Source of the DNA: Candidatus Woesearchaeota archaeon
GTDB lineage: Archaea > Nanobdellota > Nanobdellia > Pacearchaeales > UBA284
Reading direction: 5' to 3'
Assembly (NCBI GenBank): GCA_964443565.1
Contig: CAYUCT010000003.1
Location: 1 to 59,565, forward strand
DNA: 59,565 bases
The position numbers and the translations under genes were made by a program. The stretch's first letter is position 1. Every line of letters begins with the position of its first letter. Below are positions 29,328 through 38,210 of this stretch, in pieces. The notes beneath the pieces are model-generated. The model was not told the DNA's origin and did not search any database. It saw only the letters and a program-made list of their open reading frames with translations.

Positions 29328-29553
29328 TTACAAAAAAATGAATAATTGTTTATAAGTATTGTGCTTCCGAGAAATAAACTTCCCTTAAGCCCGATGTTAT
29401 ATTCAATAATTTCAGGGGCTAACGAAGGGGGTAATTTCCAAAAACGAAAACGAGAACGAAAAACGATGAACAAGGGAAGGGGCGATGAACTGAAAATTTT
29501 TGCAAAAGATTTAAAAACTTGGAAATATAAATCTTTTTAAGAGGTAAAATAAA

Positions 29554-30294
29554 ATGATTTGGATTTATGCAATTGGTTTGATTATCTTTCTAGCAATTTT
29601 TGGAATAAGAATACTTTATCAATATGAGCGAGGAGTTGTATTTACATTTGGAAGATTTAGTCATGTTAAAGAACCCGGTTTGAAATGGATTATTCCTATA
29701 ATTCAAACAATGAGAAAAGTCGATATTCGAATAAAGACTGCAGATGTTCCAAGACAAGAAGTTATAACTAAAGACAATATACCTCTTTTAGCAAATACTG
29801 TCGTTTATTTTAGAGTTGAGAAACCTGCTGATGCTATAATAAAAATAGAAGATTATGAGTTTGCAGTTAAACAGTATACCCAAGCAGCTTTAAGAGATGT
29901 TGTGGGAAATGCTGAATTAGATTTTGTATTAACAGAAAGAGAGAAAATAGCGGAAAGCATAAAAAAAATAGTTGATGATGAAACAGGTGGATGGGGAATA
30001 AATATAGAATCAATTAAAATTCAAGAAGTTGAATTACCTGCAGAAATGAAGAGAGCAATGGCTAAACAGGCAGAAGCTGAAAGAGAAAAAAGGGCAGTTA
30101 TAATTGCGGCAGAAGGAGAAATAAAAGCATCAGAAAACCTTAGAAAAGCTGCTGAAAATCTTTCTAAAAGTCCAGCCGCAATTCATTTAAGGACACTTCA
30201 AACTATTAGAGATATTGCAGCAGACCCATCTGAAAAGATTGTTTTATTCTTACCTTCTGATATTTCTGACATTGTTAAAAAATACTCAAAATAA
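29554..30294 (+). CDS. SPFH/band-7 (stomatin-like) membrane protein
   Basis: N-terminal TM segment, YERGVVFTFGR, and an Ala/Glu-rich coiled tail (AMAKQAEAEREKRA). Confidence 0.9.
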   Translation: MIWIYAIGLIIFLAIFGIRILYQYERGVVFTFGRFSHVKEPGLKWIIPIIQTMRKVDIRIKTADVPRQEVITKDNIPLLANTVVYFRVEKPADAIIKIEDYEFAVKQYTQAALRDVVGNAELDFVLTEREKIAESIKKIVDDETGGWGINIESIKIQEVELPAEMKRAMAKQAEAEREKRAVIIAAEGEIKASENLRKAAENLSKSPAAIHLRTLQTIRDIAADPSEKIVLFLPSDISDIVKKYSK

Positions 30295-30296
30295 AA

Positions 30297-30962
30297 ATGT
30301 TAGACAGAAAAAAAAGGTATTTGCAAATTGCATTTAATTCTGATTTGAATTCAGTTGAGAGTATTTTGCCAAATATTAAAGAAAATGAAAGAATTTTTAT
30401 TGAAGCTGGAACTCCGTTTATTAAAAAAGAGGGAATGAAAGGTATAGAAAGAATTTCTCAATTATGGAAGGGGGTTATAGTTGCAGATATAAAAACTTCT
30501 GATGGAGCAATTGGCGAAATTCAGATGATTAAAAATTCTGGAGCCAGTGCTGCGACTGTTCTTGGAAGTGCTCCCATTGAAACTTTAAACTTATTTATTA
30601 AAGAATGTAAAAAATTAGAAATTTATTCTATGATCGATATGATTGGTATAGAAGAGCCATTAAAGATTGTAAGAGAGTTAAGATTACCTCCAGATGTGGT
30701 TATACTTCATAAAGGAAGAGATGAGGAAAGCACGAAAGGCAAAGTTATTGGCTACAAAAATGTAAACAAGATAAGAAGTAAATATAATGTTTTAATTTCG
30801 GCTGCTGGGGGAGTTGATTTAAAAGAAGCGAGGAGTGCTATTTTTAATGGAGCAAATATTGTAGTTGCTAATCTTGTTGTTGAAGGACAACCTTGGAAGG
30901 GAATAAACGAGGGCGAGGATGTTGCTAAAATGGCTGAAGAATTTTTGAAAACAATAGAATAA
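30297..30962 (+). CDS. 3-hexulose-6-phosphate synthase-like (OMP decarboxylase superfamily)
   Basis: LQIAFN...IEAGTPFIKKEG...VADIKTSD resembles the HPS pattern. Confidence 0.6.
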   Translation: MLDRKKRYLQIAFNSDLNSVESILPNIKENERIFIEAGTPFIKKEGMKGIERISQLWKGVIVADIKTSDGAIGEIQMIKNSGASAATVLGSAPIETLNLFIKECKKLEIYSMIDMIGIEEPLKIVRELRLPPDVVILHKGRDEESTKGKVIGYKNVNKIRSKYNVLISAAGGVDLKEARSAIFNGANIVVANLVVEGQPWKGINEGEDVAKMAEEFLKTIE

Positions 30963-31098
30963 AAAAACTACTGTCCCCGATTCTCAGAGAGAAATAAGTA
31001 AAATAATAACAATAAAAGCCTCCCCACCTCGTACTCGCTTTGCTCGTGCGAGAACACACGAAACAAAAAGAATATTTATAAAAGAGTTACTTCATTAT

Positions 31099-31653
31099 AT
31101 GGCATACATGTTAAACAATACAAAAAATGAGGCAGGCTTAAAAATTTTATTGACTGCGATACAATTCTTTATAAGTTACGTTAAATATTTTTTTTTAACA
31201 GGATCAGTAATTTTTTCTTTAACTGTTCTGTTATTTATTATTTTGAATATTAACCCAAACTTCTCTTTTAATTTTCTTCAATATTTCTCATTTATTAACC
31301 CCCTCTATAAAACAGGGTCTTTCAGTATGGGTATAAAAGAAATAATGCAAATATTTTCAGCAGTGGCTTTTATTTTATTTGTTATTATAACTCTAATAAA
31401 ATTTACCTTGAAAAAGATATTTGGATTTAATATATCTCTTTCATTAAAATTAAAGAGTATCTTATTTTTTGTAGCCATTACTTTAGCCTACATTTTTGCT
31501 TCGGTAATTGTTGCATTTAGTGATAATTTAGATAAAGGTTTTTATCTTGTATTCATTGTTTTTTACTTTATTAATCTTGCTTCAGCCACAGGGTATTTTT
31601 TTTTAGATGCTTTGTTAAACGAAATTTCTCAAATTTATAAAAAAGAACCATAA
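31099..31653 (+). CDS. Integral membrane protein, hypothetical
   Basis: Four or five hydrophobic segments. Confidence 0.45.
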   Translation: MAYMLNNTKNEAGLKILLTAIQFFISYVKYFFLTGSVIFSLTVLLFIILNINPNFSFNFLQYFSFINPLYKTGSFSMGIKEIMQIFSAVAFILFVIITLIKFTLKKIFGFNISLSLKLKSILFFVAITLAYIFASVIVAFSDNLDKGFYLVFIVFYFINLASATGYFFLDALLNEISQIYKKEP

Positions 31654-31758
31654 ATCTAGTAATTTAATCTTGTTGATAGAAAAATTGTCCCTTGATATTT
31701 ATTCTTGATGGCTCATTGTGTTCGCTTGATTGAATACACTCCTAAAATTACTTTGATT

Positions 31759-31810
31759 CGCTCAAAAACTTTCAGTTTTTGGCGCCCAGAAAATCTTTGA
31801 TTTTCTTGGG
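31759..31810. repeat. Two adjacent hairpins of the hairpin-array family
   Basis: GCTCAAAAACT-ttc-AGTTTTTGGCG and CCCAGAAAATC-ttt-GATTTTCTTGGG. These are the same hairpin types as in copies A and E. Confidence 0.5.
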
Positions 31811-31903
31811 TTTTTCCTTCGGTATCGTTGCACTAAAAATCAATCCTATCGGAGAGTTTAATAAGGATTAAGTTCGTGCCTTAACTTTTTAGTACAACCT
31901 TTT

Positions 31904-33397
31904 TTATTCATTTCCTTTTTGTTTTTTTGAATATTCTTTTTCCCAATAAGGATCTTCAATTTCCTTAAGTTTTTCATCAAATTTGATTAATTCTTTATGG
32001 TAACCCTTATCTTTTAATGCCTTTTTAGCAGATTCATCTTCTGGAATAACATTGCATTTTTTTGCAATTTTGACAAATGTTTTATGATGATCCCGAATAA
32101 AACAAGGTCTTAATATATTTCCTAGTTTTCCATTCTGATTAAAATATTCTCCTTGCCATTGTCTTCCTTTAACAAAGAAATCAGAAAACAAAGCATCTGC
32201 TATTTTTTTTCCTTCAGAAAACAATTGGTTTACATTATGTTTGTAATATGGGACAAAAACACAGGGCATAATGTTGCCTTTCCAATCTATGTAAAAATAA
32301 CCTCCTGATCTTCCACATGATATACAACCGTCTGAGAGTATTGAGCTATTCCAAAAGTCTGCTACAAACCATTCTTTTTCACTAATCACTTGTTTCCATT
32401 TCTTAAACAATTCAAACCTTTGTTCAGGAGTAATCATTAATTTTGTTGTGAATTTTCTACCAATGGGCATATACTGGAACATCCACATATATGTAGCTCC
32501 TAATTTGTCAAAATAAAATTTATAAAATTCATCGGTTAACAAGATATTAACATTATTCTTTGTTGCGGTTACAGATGTTCCAAAAGGTACGCCAGCATTT
32601 CTTAGATTTTTCATTGCTTTTAATATTCGTTTATGAATCCCTTTTCCCCTTCGATCATCTGTTTCTTTTTCTAAACCTTCAATTGAAATAGCAGGAGTTA
32701 TGTTTCCAAGTTCTGCCATTTCCTTAGCAATTGATTCTGTGATTAATGTTCCATTTGTGTATATCAAAAAAAAACTATCTTTCCATTTTTTAGGTAAATC
32801 TAAAATTGTTTTTCCTTCACTATGATACATTAATGGCTCTCCACCAGAAATAACAAAAAATCTCATTCCCATTTCATCGTGCAATTCAGTCATTATTTTA
32901 TCAATTGTGCTCCAATTTAATGATTCAGCCGTCCTTGCTGTTGAAGAAGCATAACACCCTGTGCAATTTAAATTACACTTTTTAGTTGGACTAAGTGTAA
33001 TAAATGAAGGAGGGAATATACCATATTTTTTCTTAAATTTTAACATTACTTCTTCTTTATTATTCCCCCCAAACATAGCCGATTCAACTAAAGTCTCAAT
33101 AATTCTTTTTGTTGCTCTTTTAGAAATAAAACCTTTATCTAAATTTTTAAGAACAGAAAGATACATTGCTTTTACTCCATTAAATTTATCCAATCGTGCA
33201 TTTTTAGAAAATAATGGATCATTTGTTTTGACCATTCGTTTATAAAGAATTTTTTCAAATTGCTTAGCAGCAATATTTCTTGTTAATTTATTGCTTACAA
33301 TTGTTTTTGTTAAACTTGAAATTATTTTTTCTTTACTTAATTCCATTTTCATTTCTCTTTTTTTCATTTTATAAGTTCTTCCTCCTTCTAAGATCAT
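31904..33397 (-). CDS. Radical SAM enzyme with a C-terminal auxiliary-cluster (twitch/SPASM-like) region
   Basis: CNLNCTGC (Cx3Cx2C), VISGGEPL, and CISCGRSGGYFYIDWKGNIMPC (Gx4C). The start may be the internal Met at 33367. Confidence 0.8.
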   Translation of the reverse strand: MILEGGRTYKMKKREMKMELSKEKIISSLTKTIVSNKLTRNIAAKQFEKILYKRMVKTNDPLFSKNARLDKFNGVKAMYLSVLKNLDKGFISKRATKRIIETLVESAMFGGNNKEEVMLKFKKKYGIFPPSFITLSPTKKCNLNCTGCYASSTARTAESLNWSTIDKIMTELHDEMGMRFFVISGGEPLMYHSEGKTILDLPKKWKDSFFLIYTNGTLITESIAKEMAELGNITPAISIEGLEKETDDRRGKGIHKRILKAMKNLRNAGVPFGTSVTATKNNVNILLTDEFYKFYFDKLGATYMWMFQYMPIGRKFTTKLMITPEQRFELFKKWKQVISEKEWFVADFWNSSILSDGCISCGRSGGYFYIDWKGNIMPCVFVPYYKHNVNQLFSEGKKIADALFSDFFVKGRQWQGEYFNQNGKLGNILRPCFIRDHHKTFVKIAKKCNVIPEDESAKKALKDKGYHKELIKFDEKLKEIEDPYWEKEYSKKQKGNE

Positions 33398-33654
33398 TAA
33401 TAACTATTGCCTTTCCTTTTTTAACTTAAGTATTCCATTTTTATCTTTTAGTAAAAAGTAAAAATTCTTATTTAAATATTTTGGTTTTTTATTTCTTCTT
33501 ATCTTTCGGGTATTTACTTTTGCTTTTAGTGAGGGAGAAAAATTTCTTTTAATTGTAATCTTAGTAGAAATTTTTGATAATATCTAAAAGTTAGAGTTAA
33601 AACAAAAGAATAGGAAATAATATTTTTTTACCGCTCAATAGTAGAAATGCATTC

Positions 33655-33801
33655 TTACTTTTTTTTAGAAGTCTTTTTCTTTTTAGCTAATTTTTTAAGT
33701 TTTTCAACTTTACTTTGTTTGGTTCTTTTTCTAGGAGACCTGCCTTGATTTTTAACAGATTTCTTTTTCACTTTCTTTTTTGTTTGTTTTTTCTTCGCCA
33801 T
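33655..33801 (-). CDS. Lys-rich basic micro-protein (48 aa), hypothetical
   Basis: MAKKKQTKKK...KKKTSKKK. The longer ORF-track start (33852) runs into the G+C-rich island, so I chose the internal ATG. Confidence 0.35.
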   Translation of the reverse strand: MAKKKQTKKKVKKKSVKNQGRSPRKRTKQSKVEKLKKLAKKKKTSKKK

Positions 33802-33814
33802 TTTTATAATTATT

Positions 33815-34015
33815 AAAGGGCTCGGTGGGGAAGTGCCACAAACAAAGACCAATTCAATCTTAACCTATCAGTTTGTTTTAATGGTTATCTTCCTCGTGCT
33901 GTAAAGAAGCTTAAAGAGTACAGATTTCATATGGTGAGTTATAGCCCTTCCACCATATTAATAGCCGAATACTCAACAGAGGCTTAACAGTCACATCCTT
34001 TTCAAGGACAACCGA
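33815..34015. ncRNA. G+C-enriched structured island: candidate ncRNA or cis-regulatory leader, identity unknown
   Basis: Minus-strand reading gives GUCCUU-GAAA-AGGAU and AUAUGGUG-(14 nt)-CACCAUAU hairpins nested within GAGUA/UACUC and CUGU..AAGC/GCUU..ACAG helices. The loop AAGGGCU is complementary to AGCCCUU just upstream of the micro-ORF start. Confidence 0.3.
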
Positions 34016-34101
34016 TAATTATTAAAATATCTTCTTCTATTTAAATATATGTATTAACTTTATAATAGTTAAACTTAGAGTATGAAAGAGAAAAAGCAAG
34101 C

Positions 34102-34172
34102 GTCTCTCTAATATCTATCTCCCTTTAAAATATTATTTCATCTTTTTTTAAAAAAATAAGCAAAGAATAACG
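34102..34172 (+). promoter_or_regulatory. 71-bp conserved upstream element, copy 1
   Basis: Matches 36936-37006 at 70/71 nt. Contains the T7A7 palindrome TTTTTTTAAAAAAA. It ends 65 nt before ATG 34238, and a TATA-like TTTATAAAT lies at 34209-34217. Confidence 0.8.
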
Positions 34173-34237
34173 CACACCTAAATAATTATAAACTCAACCA
34201 CAACAAAGTTTATAAATATTAATTGTATTCCTTTTTT

Positions 34238-34468
34238 ATGGAATATAAAACTAAAATTGATTCAGAGAACTATAAACATATTATCCCTCTCTTTAGTGCT
34301 CTTGATTCGTCATATGAAGAAGGGAGCAGAGTGCATTCATCTTGTGAAAAACCTTGTGTTTGCGTATGTGTTTGTAGACATGGAAAGGCTTCTTCAATGG
34401 ATTTTTCAAAAAAGAAAGATCTTGAAAAAAATATAGAAGAACTCTTTGAAAAAGTTCTGGCAGCATAA
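34238..34468 (+). CDS. Cys-rich small ORF, candidate precursor peptide A
   Basis: MEYKTK...SYEEGSRVHSSCEKPCVCVCVCRHG.... I chose ATG 34238 because its spacing to the upstream element matches module 2. Confidence 0.4.
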   Translation: MEYKTKIDSENYKHIIPLFSALDSSYEEGSRVHSSCEKPCVCVCVCRHGKASSMDFSKKKDLEKNIEELFEKVLAA

Positions 34469-34499
34469 AGTTTTTATAAGACATAGAATTCTTTTCATA

Positions 34500-35549
34500 A
34501 TGGAAAAGGTTATTATAGATGATTTAATGAGGGTTTTAAATAAAAAATTGAATAGACTCATTCCTTTTAACAAAAGATTTGATGTTTTTCTACAAAAAGG
34601 AGGGGTTGGATGTTATGATATTAAAAGATGGGCAGTATTTGTTCCAGATTCTTTTGATAATTATATGAAAATTCATACAATTTTACATGAAGGAGCACAT
34701 TTAATCCTAAGAGAGAAAATATCAAACTTAATCTCGTCAAAAAAATTTGATAGACTCAAATGGTCTATGGAACCTTTTTTTATAGAAAATTCTATTTTTT
34801 CTTTAGACGAAGCTTTTGCAGAAATGGTTACAACCATAATAATGTCAGAACTTCCAGAAGATTTTTTTAAAAAGGGCATTGTTTTTGATAAATTTTCTGA
34901 ACCTTCTTATAAAGATTCTAATAAGAAATTAGATGTTTTCTTAGCAAAAATTTCAGAATGGAAAATCCCAATAACTCTTAAAAATAATAATCTTAACATA
35001 TCAAATACGCTTAATAATTTAACTTTTTTAGGACCTGAAAAAAGAATTCAAACAATTATTGATTCTTTATCTATTTTAAATGATTATAATTATGAAGGAT
35101 TTATAAAAAAAATAATGGAGGATCCCTTAAAAAATTCTCCGAGTATGAAATTATTATTAAATACCCTCCCTTTTAAAGTTAAGATAAATAAAGAAATCAA
35201 AAATTTTGACAAACAAATTTTTTTAGATTATTTAGAAACTCTTTCATGGGGGGATTATAATGAAAATTATTATGCCTATTCCGAATTTATTGATAAAAAA
35301 AATTTAAACAAAATAAAAAAACAAAAAATTCCAAAAATAAACACCAAAATTAAAGAAAGATTTTTGCAAATTTCAAAAAATTTAGGGGAGATTAGAGAGA
35401 AAATAATGTGTGCATGGGAAGCGAAGGATGAAAATAAATTAAAAAAATTAATTGAAAATTACAATTCAGAAAGGTGGAAATATAGGAAAAAAATAGACTT
35501 AAAAAATAATTTTAATGAATATGGTTTTGGAACATTCAAATGGGAATAA
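34500..35549 (+). CDS. HExxH protein, putative metallopeptidase
   Basis: ILHEGAHLILRE followed by LDEAFAEM. I chose the start at 34500 to avoid overlap with the small ORF. Confidence 0.5.
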   Translation: MEKVIIDDLMRVLNKKLNRLIPFNKRFDVFLQKGGVGCYDIKRWAVFVPDSFDNYMKIHTILHEGAHLILREKISNLISSKKFDRLKWSMEPFFIENSIFSLDEAFAEMVTTIIMSELPEDFFKKGIVFDKFSEPSYKDSNKKLDVFLAKISEWKIPITLKNNNLNISNTLNNLTFLGPEKRIQTIIDSLSILNDYNYEGFIKKIMEDPLKNSPSMKLLLNTLPFKVKINKEIKNFDKQIFLDYLETLSWGDYNENYYAYSEFIDKKNLNKIKKQKIPKINTKIKERFLQISKNLGEIREKIMCAWEAKDENKLKKLIENYNSERWKYRKKIDLKNNFNEYGFGTFKWE

Positions 35550-36667
35550 AAGAAAAATATAATCTTAAACAGATTAATGAAAAGTTTTTAATAGACAAAG
35601 CCTCGATGAAAACAAGAATAGAAAAAGTTTCTTGTTTGAAAATTTCTGCACCTCTATATGCTCAATATGAAATCATAGAAAATTGCAATCAAAGATGCAT
35701 TTTTTGTTATAATGTTTGGAAAAATAGAAAGAAAAATTCCTGTAAAAAAAGAGAGTTAACATTAAAACAACAATTAAAAATTATAGACAAGTTAGCAAGA
35801 ATGAAAATTTTTGGATTGATTCTCTCTGGAGGAGAGCCCCTTATCTCAAAAAATTTATTTAAAATAATTGAAAGGGCGTCAAAAAAATATGGAATTGAAG
35901 TAAGTATTATTACAAATGGAACATTATTGACAGAAGAAGTATGCAAGAGATTGAAAGAAAACGGATTATCTGATATGCAAATATCCCTTCATAGTTTTAA
36001 AGAAAGAGATAATAACAAAATTACCGGGATGAAAAATTCTTTTGGTAGAACTGTTTCTGGGATAAGAAATGCTCTTAAATATTTTTCTCCAGAAAATATA
36101 AATATCAATATGGTTCCAACAAAAAAAACATATAACCAAGTGTATGATACAGCCAAGTTTTTAAAAAATTTGGGAGTTATCAATTTTACAGTTAGTTCTT
36201 ATGTTTATACAGGAAATAAAAAGTTAGATAAAGAATTAGCACCGACTAAAAAACAATTTTTAGAGATATATAATCAAATAGTTAAAGTGAAAAAAGAACT
36301 TTTTATGAGAACATTTATTGGGGGTTGTTATCCTCTATGTTCTCTAAAAAAGAAAATAGATGATGAAGTTATTTCTTTAATTGGAAATATCTGTGATGCA
36401 GGAGTTACTCAAATAGTCATTAGCCCAAAAGGGGATTTAAGACCTTGTGTTGCTTATGAGCATATTTTAGGGAATATACTAGAAGATGATCCTTTAAAAA
36501 TATGGAAAAATTCAAAAATTCTTAAAAAAATAAGAAGAATGGAAAATATTCCTTTAATGTGTGAAAGATGTAAACATTTAGTAATTTGTCGAGGAGGTTG
36601 TAGAGCATCGGCATATAATAAATCTAAGCGACTTGACGATATTCATCAATTAATAGAAAATGACTGA
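35540..36667 (+). CDS. Radical SAM / SPASM-domain maturase-like enzyme
   Basis: CNQRCIFC, LSGGEPL, KGDLRPC (Gx4C), CERCKHLVICRGGC (Cx2Cx5Cx3C). Confidence 0.85.
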   Translation: MGIKEKYNLKQINEKFLIDKASMKTRIEKVSCLKISAPLYAQYEIIENCNQRCIFCYNVWKNRKKNSCKKRELTLKQQLKIIDKLARMKIFGLILSGGEPLISKNLFKIIERASKKYGIEVSIITNGTLLTEEVCKRLKENGLSDMQISLHSFKERDNNKITGMKNSFGRTVSGIRNALKYFSPENININMVPTKKTYNQVYDTAKFLKNLGVINFTVSSYVYTGNKKLDKELAPTKKQFLEIYNQIVKVKKELFMRTFIGGCYPLCSLKKKIDDEVISLIGNICDAGVTQIVISPKGDLRPCVAYEHILGNILEDDPLKIWKNSKILKKIRRMENIPLMCERCKHLVICRGGCRASAYNKSKRLDDIHQLIEND

Positions 36668-36929
36668 ATATATTTTATTTAAGCATCCCGATTTAAAAAT
36701 TAGAAAAGAAAAATTTGGAGGAATAATAAAAACTGTAAGAGGATTATTTTTAATAGACAAAAAAGCATATTGTTTGTTAAAGAAGATTGACAATAAAAAA
36801 ACATATTCGGAATTAACTGAAGAGAATGAATCAAAGAAAGTAATTGAAGATTTATTAAAACTTAAAATAATTTTAAAAATCGAAGTAGGGAGAGCTGAAA
36901 GAGTAAAAAATCTCAAAGATAAAAATTAA
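36660..36929 (+). CDS. PqqD-like small protein (putative RiPP recognition element)
   Basis: 89 aa. KFGGIIKTVRGLFLIDKKAYCLLKKIDNKKTYSEL resembles the PqqD family pattern. It overlaps the rSAM stop by 8 nt. Confidence 0.55.
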   Translation: MTEYILFKHPDLKIRKEKFGGIIKTVRGLFLIDKKAYCLLKKIDNKKTYSELTEENESKKVIEDLLKLKIILKIEVGRAERVKNLKDKN

Positions 36930-36935
36930 GTGTGT

Positions 36936-37006
36936 GTCTCTCTAATATCTATCTCCCTTAAAAATATTATTTCATCTTTTTTTAAAAAAATAAGCAAAGA
37001 ATAACG
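36936..37006 (+). promoter_or_regulatory. 71-bp conserved upstream element, copy 2
   Basis: Matches 34102-34172 at 70/71 nt. It ends 64 nt before ATG 37071. Confidence 0.8.
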
Positions 37007-37070
37007 ATTATGCATTAACTAAAAAGTTACAATTCAAAAACCTTAAATAGTTTTATATCTTTTAAAAATT

Positions 37071-37544
37071 ATGAAAGAAAATGACTCTAAACCAATTTAT
37101 AGGGAATTAAAATCTCCAGTTACAGCTCAAATGGCTTTGACTTACGGATGCAATAATTTATGTAGGTATTGTTATAATTCTACAAGGGGATTAGAAAATC
37201 AAGATACGGGAATGTCCATAGAAAATTCCATGAAAATAGCAAAACAGATTGTTGATAGTGAAATTTTTGAAGTTGTTCTAACAGGAGGGGAGCCATTGTT
37301 GAGAAGAGATTTATTATATCCTTTAGCAAAATATTTTTCCCAAAAAAAGACCGATGTTAAAATGGAAACCTTAGAAAAAAAGGCAGAAGATGTAGGAAAA
37401 GCATCTCTTAGAGATATCCGAGCTATGTCTATCAAGATACCTGCATACAATGCAAAAAGCGAAGAAAGCAGATTCAGTATTTATGACATGGCAGAGTATT
37501 CTTGTGATGCTGCATGCGACAATTGTCATTGTGCAACTTACTAA
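37071..37544 (+). CDS. Radical-SAM N-terminal fragment fused in frame to a Cys-rich peptide (candidate precursor B)
   Basis: CNNLCRYC and VVLTGGEPLL, then the homology stops near the A7 run at 37342-37348. An internal Met at 37362 begins a 60-aa peptide ending EYSCDAACDNCHCATY. Confidence 0.5.
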   Translation: MKENDSKPIYRELKSPVTAQMALTYGCNNLCRYCYNSTRGLENQDTGMSIENSMKIAKQIVDSEIFEVVLTGGEPLLRRDLLYPLAKYFSQKKTDVKMETLEKKAEDVGKASLRDIRAMSIKIPAYNAKSEESRFSIYDMAEYSCDAACDNCHCATY

Positions 37545-37550
37545 TTCAAA

Positions 37551-38210
37551 ATGCCAATACACTATGGAAATATGCTTACTTTGAAGTATAAAGATTTAAT
37601 TAGTGATAAGTTTAATTCTCTAATAAAATTTTTTGATTTTGAACCAGGAGATGTTTTTATAGAGATTTTGCCATTGGAAATGTTTGAAAGATTTTCCGAA
37701 TTGGAAAGAGGTAAAAAACCAGAATTTTTTGTTGTTGGTTCTGCTCTAAATAATGGAAGAGTTATCATCTTAGATAAAAAAGATTTTGAAAAAAAAGAGC
37801 ATAAAGCAGAAGAATTTGAAAGAGTAATTCTGCATGAATTGGCACATATGTTTATAAGAAGAATTCTTTGGCCAAAACAAACATTTCCCTGGATTGAGGA
37901 AGGAATTTGCGAGTATTTATCTTTTGGAGATTATCCATTAAAAGTAAAAAAATTTGTGAATTTTAAAAATTTAGAAAAAAAAGAGGACTGGAACAAACAC
38001 TATGCTTATCAACAGTCAAGGGAATTTTTTAAATTTTTAATTAAAAAATTTGGAAATAAAAAAATTGCAGATTTTATTAAAAAAATAAAAGAAAAATCAG
38101 AAGAAGAAAGTTTTAAAGAGGTGTTTGGAAAAGAACTAAATGAATTAGAAGAAGAATTCAAATCCTCTTTAAAAAATGAAAAAATTATGCCATCCAGGAA
38201 CGCCTTGTAA
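37551..38210 (+). CDS. Peptidase-MA-like HExxH protein
   Basis: ILHELAHMFIRR ... WIEEGICEYL (HExxH plus a downstream Glu; Peptidase_MA_2-like). Confidence 0.6.
   Translation: MPIHYGNMLTLKYKDLISDKFNSLIKFFDFEPGDVFIEILPLEMFERFSELERGKKPEFFVVGSALNNGRVIILDKKDFEKKEHKAEEFERVILHELAHMFIRRILWPKQTFPWIEEGICEYLSFGDYPLKVKKFVNFKNLEKKEDWNKHYAYQQSREFFKFLIKKFGNKKIADFIKKIKEKSEEESFKEVFGKELNELEEEFKSSLKNEKIMPSRNAL

Noticed and set aside
29400-29480. Purine-rich ACGA-repeat stretch (AAAACGAAAACGAGAACGAAAAACGATGAAC) and GGGGG blocks upstream of the SPFH gene as a possible ncRNA.
   Set aside because: I could find no convincing helices or repeats elsewhere in the window. The evidence is insufficient to call a feature.
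33815-34015. RNase P RNA on the plus strand, based on strings resembling CR-I (AAAGGGCUC) and CR-V (ACAGAGGCUUA).
   Set aside because: The two strings are not complementary in the way needed to form helix P4, and other conserved regions are not evident. SRP RNA was also considered. The GAAA-capped hairpin lacks the helix-8 GGAAGCAGC-type motif, and the region is too short.
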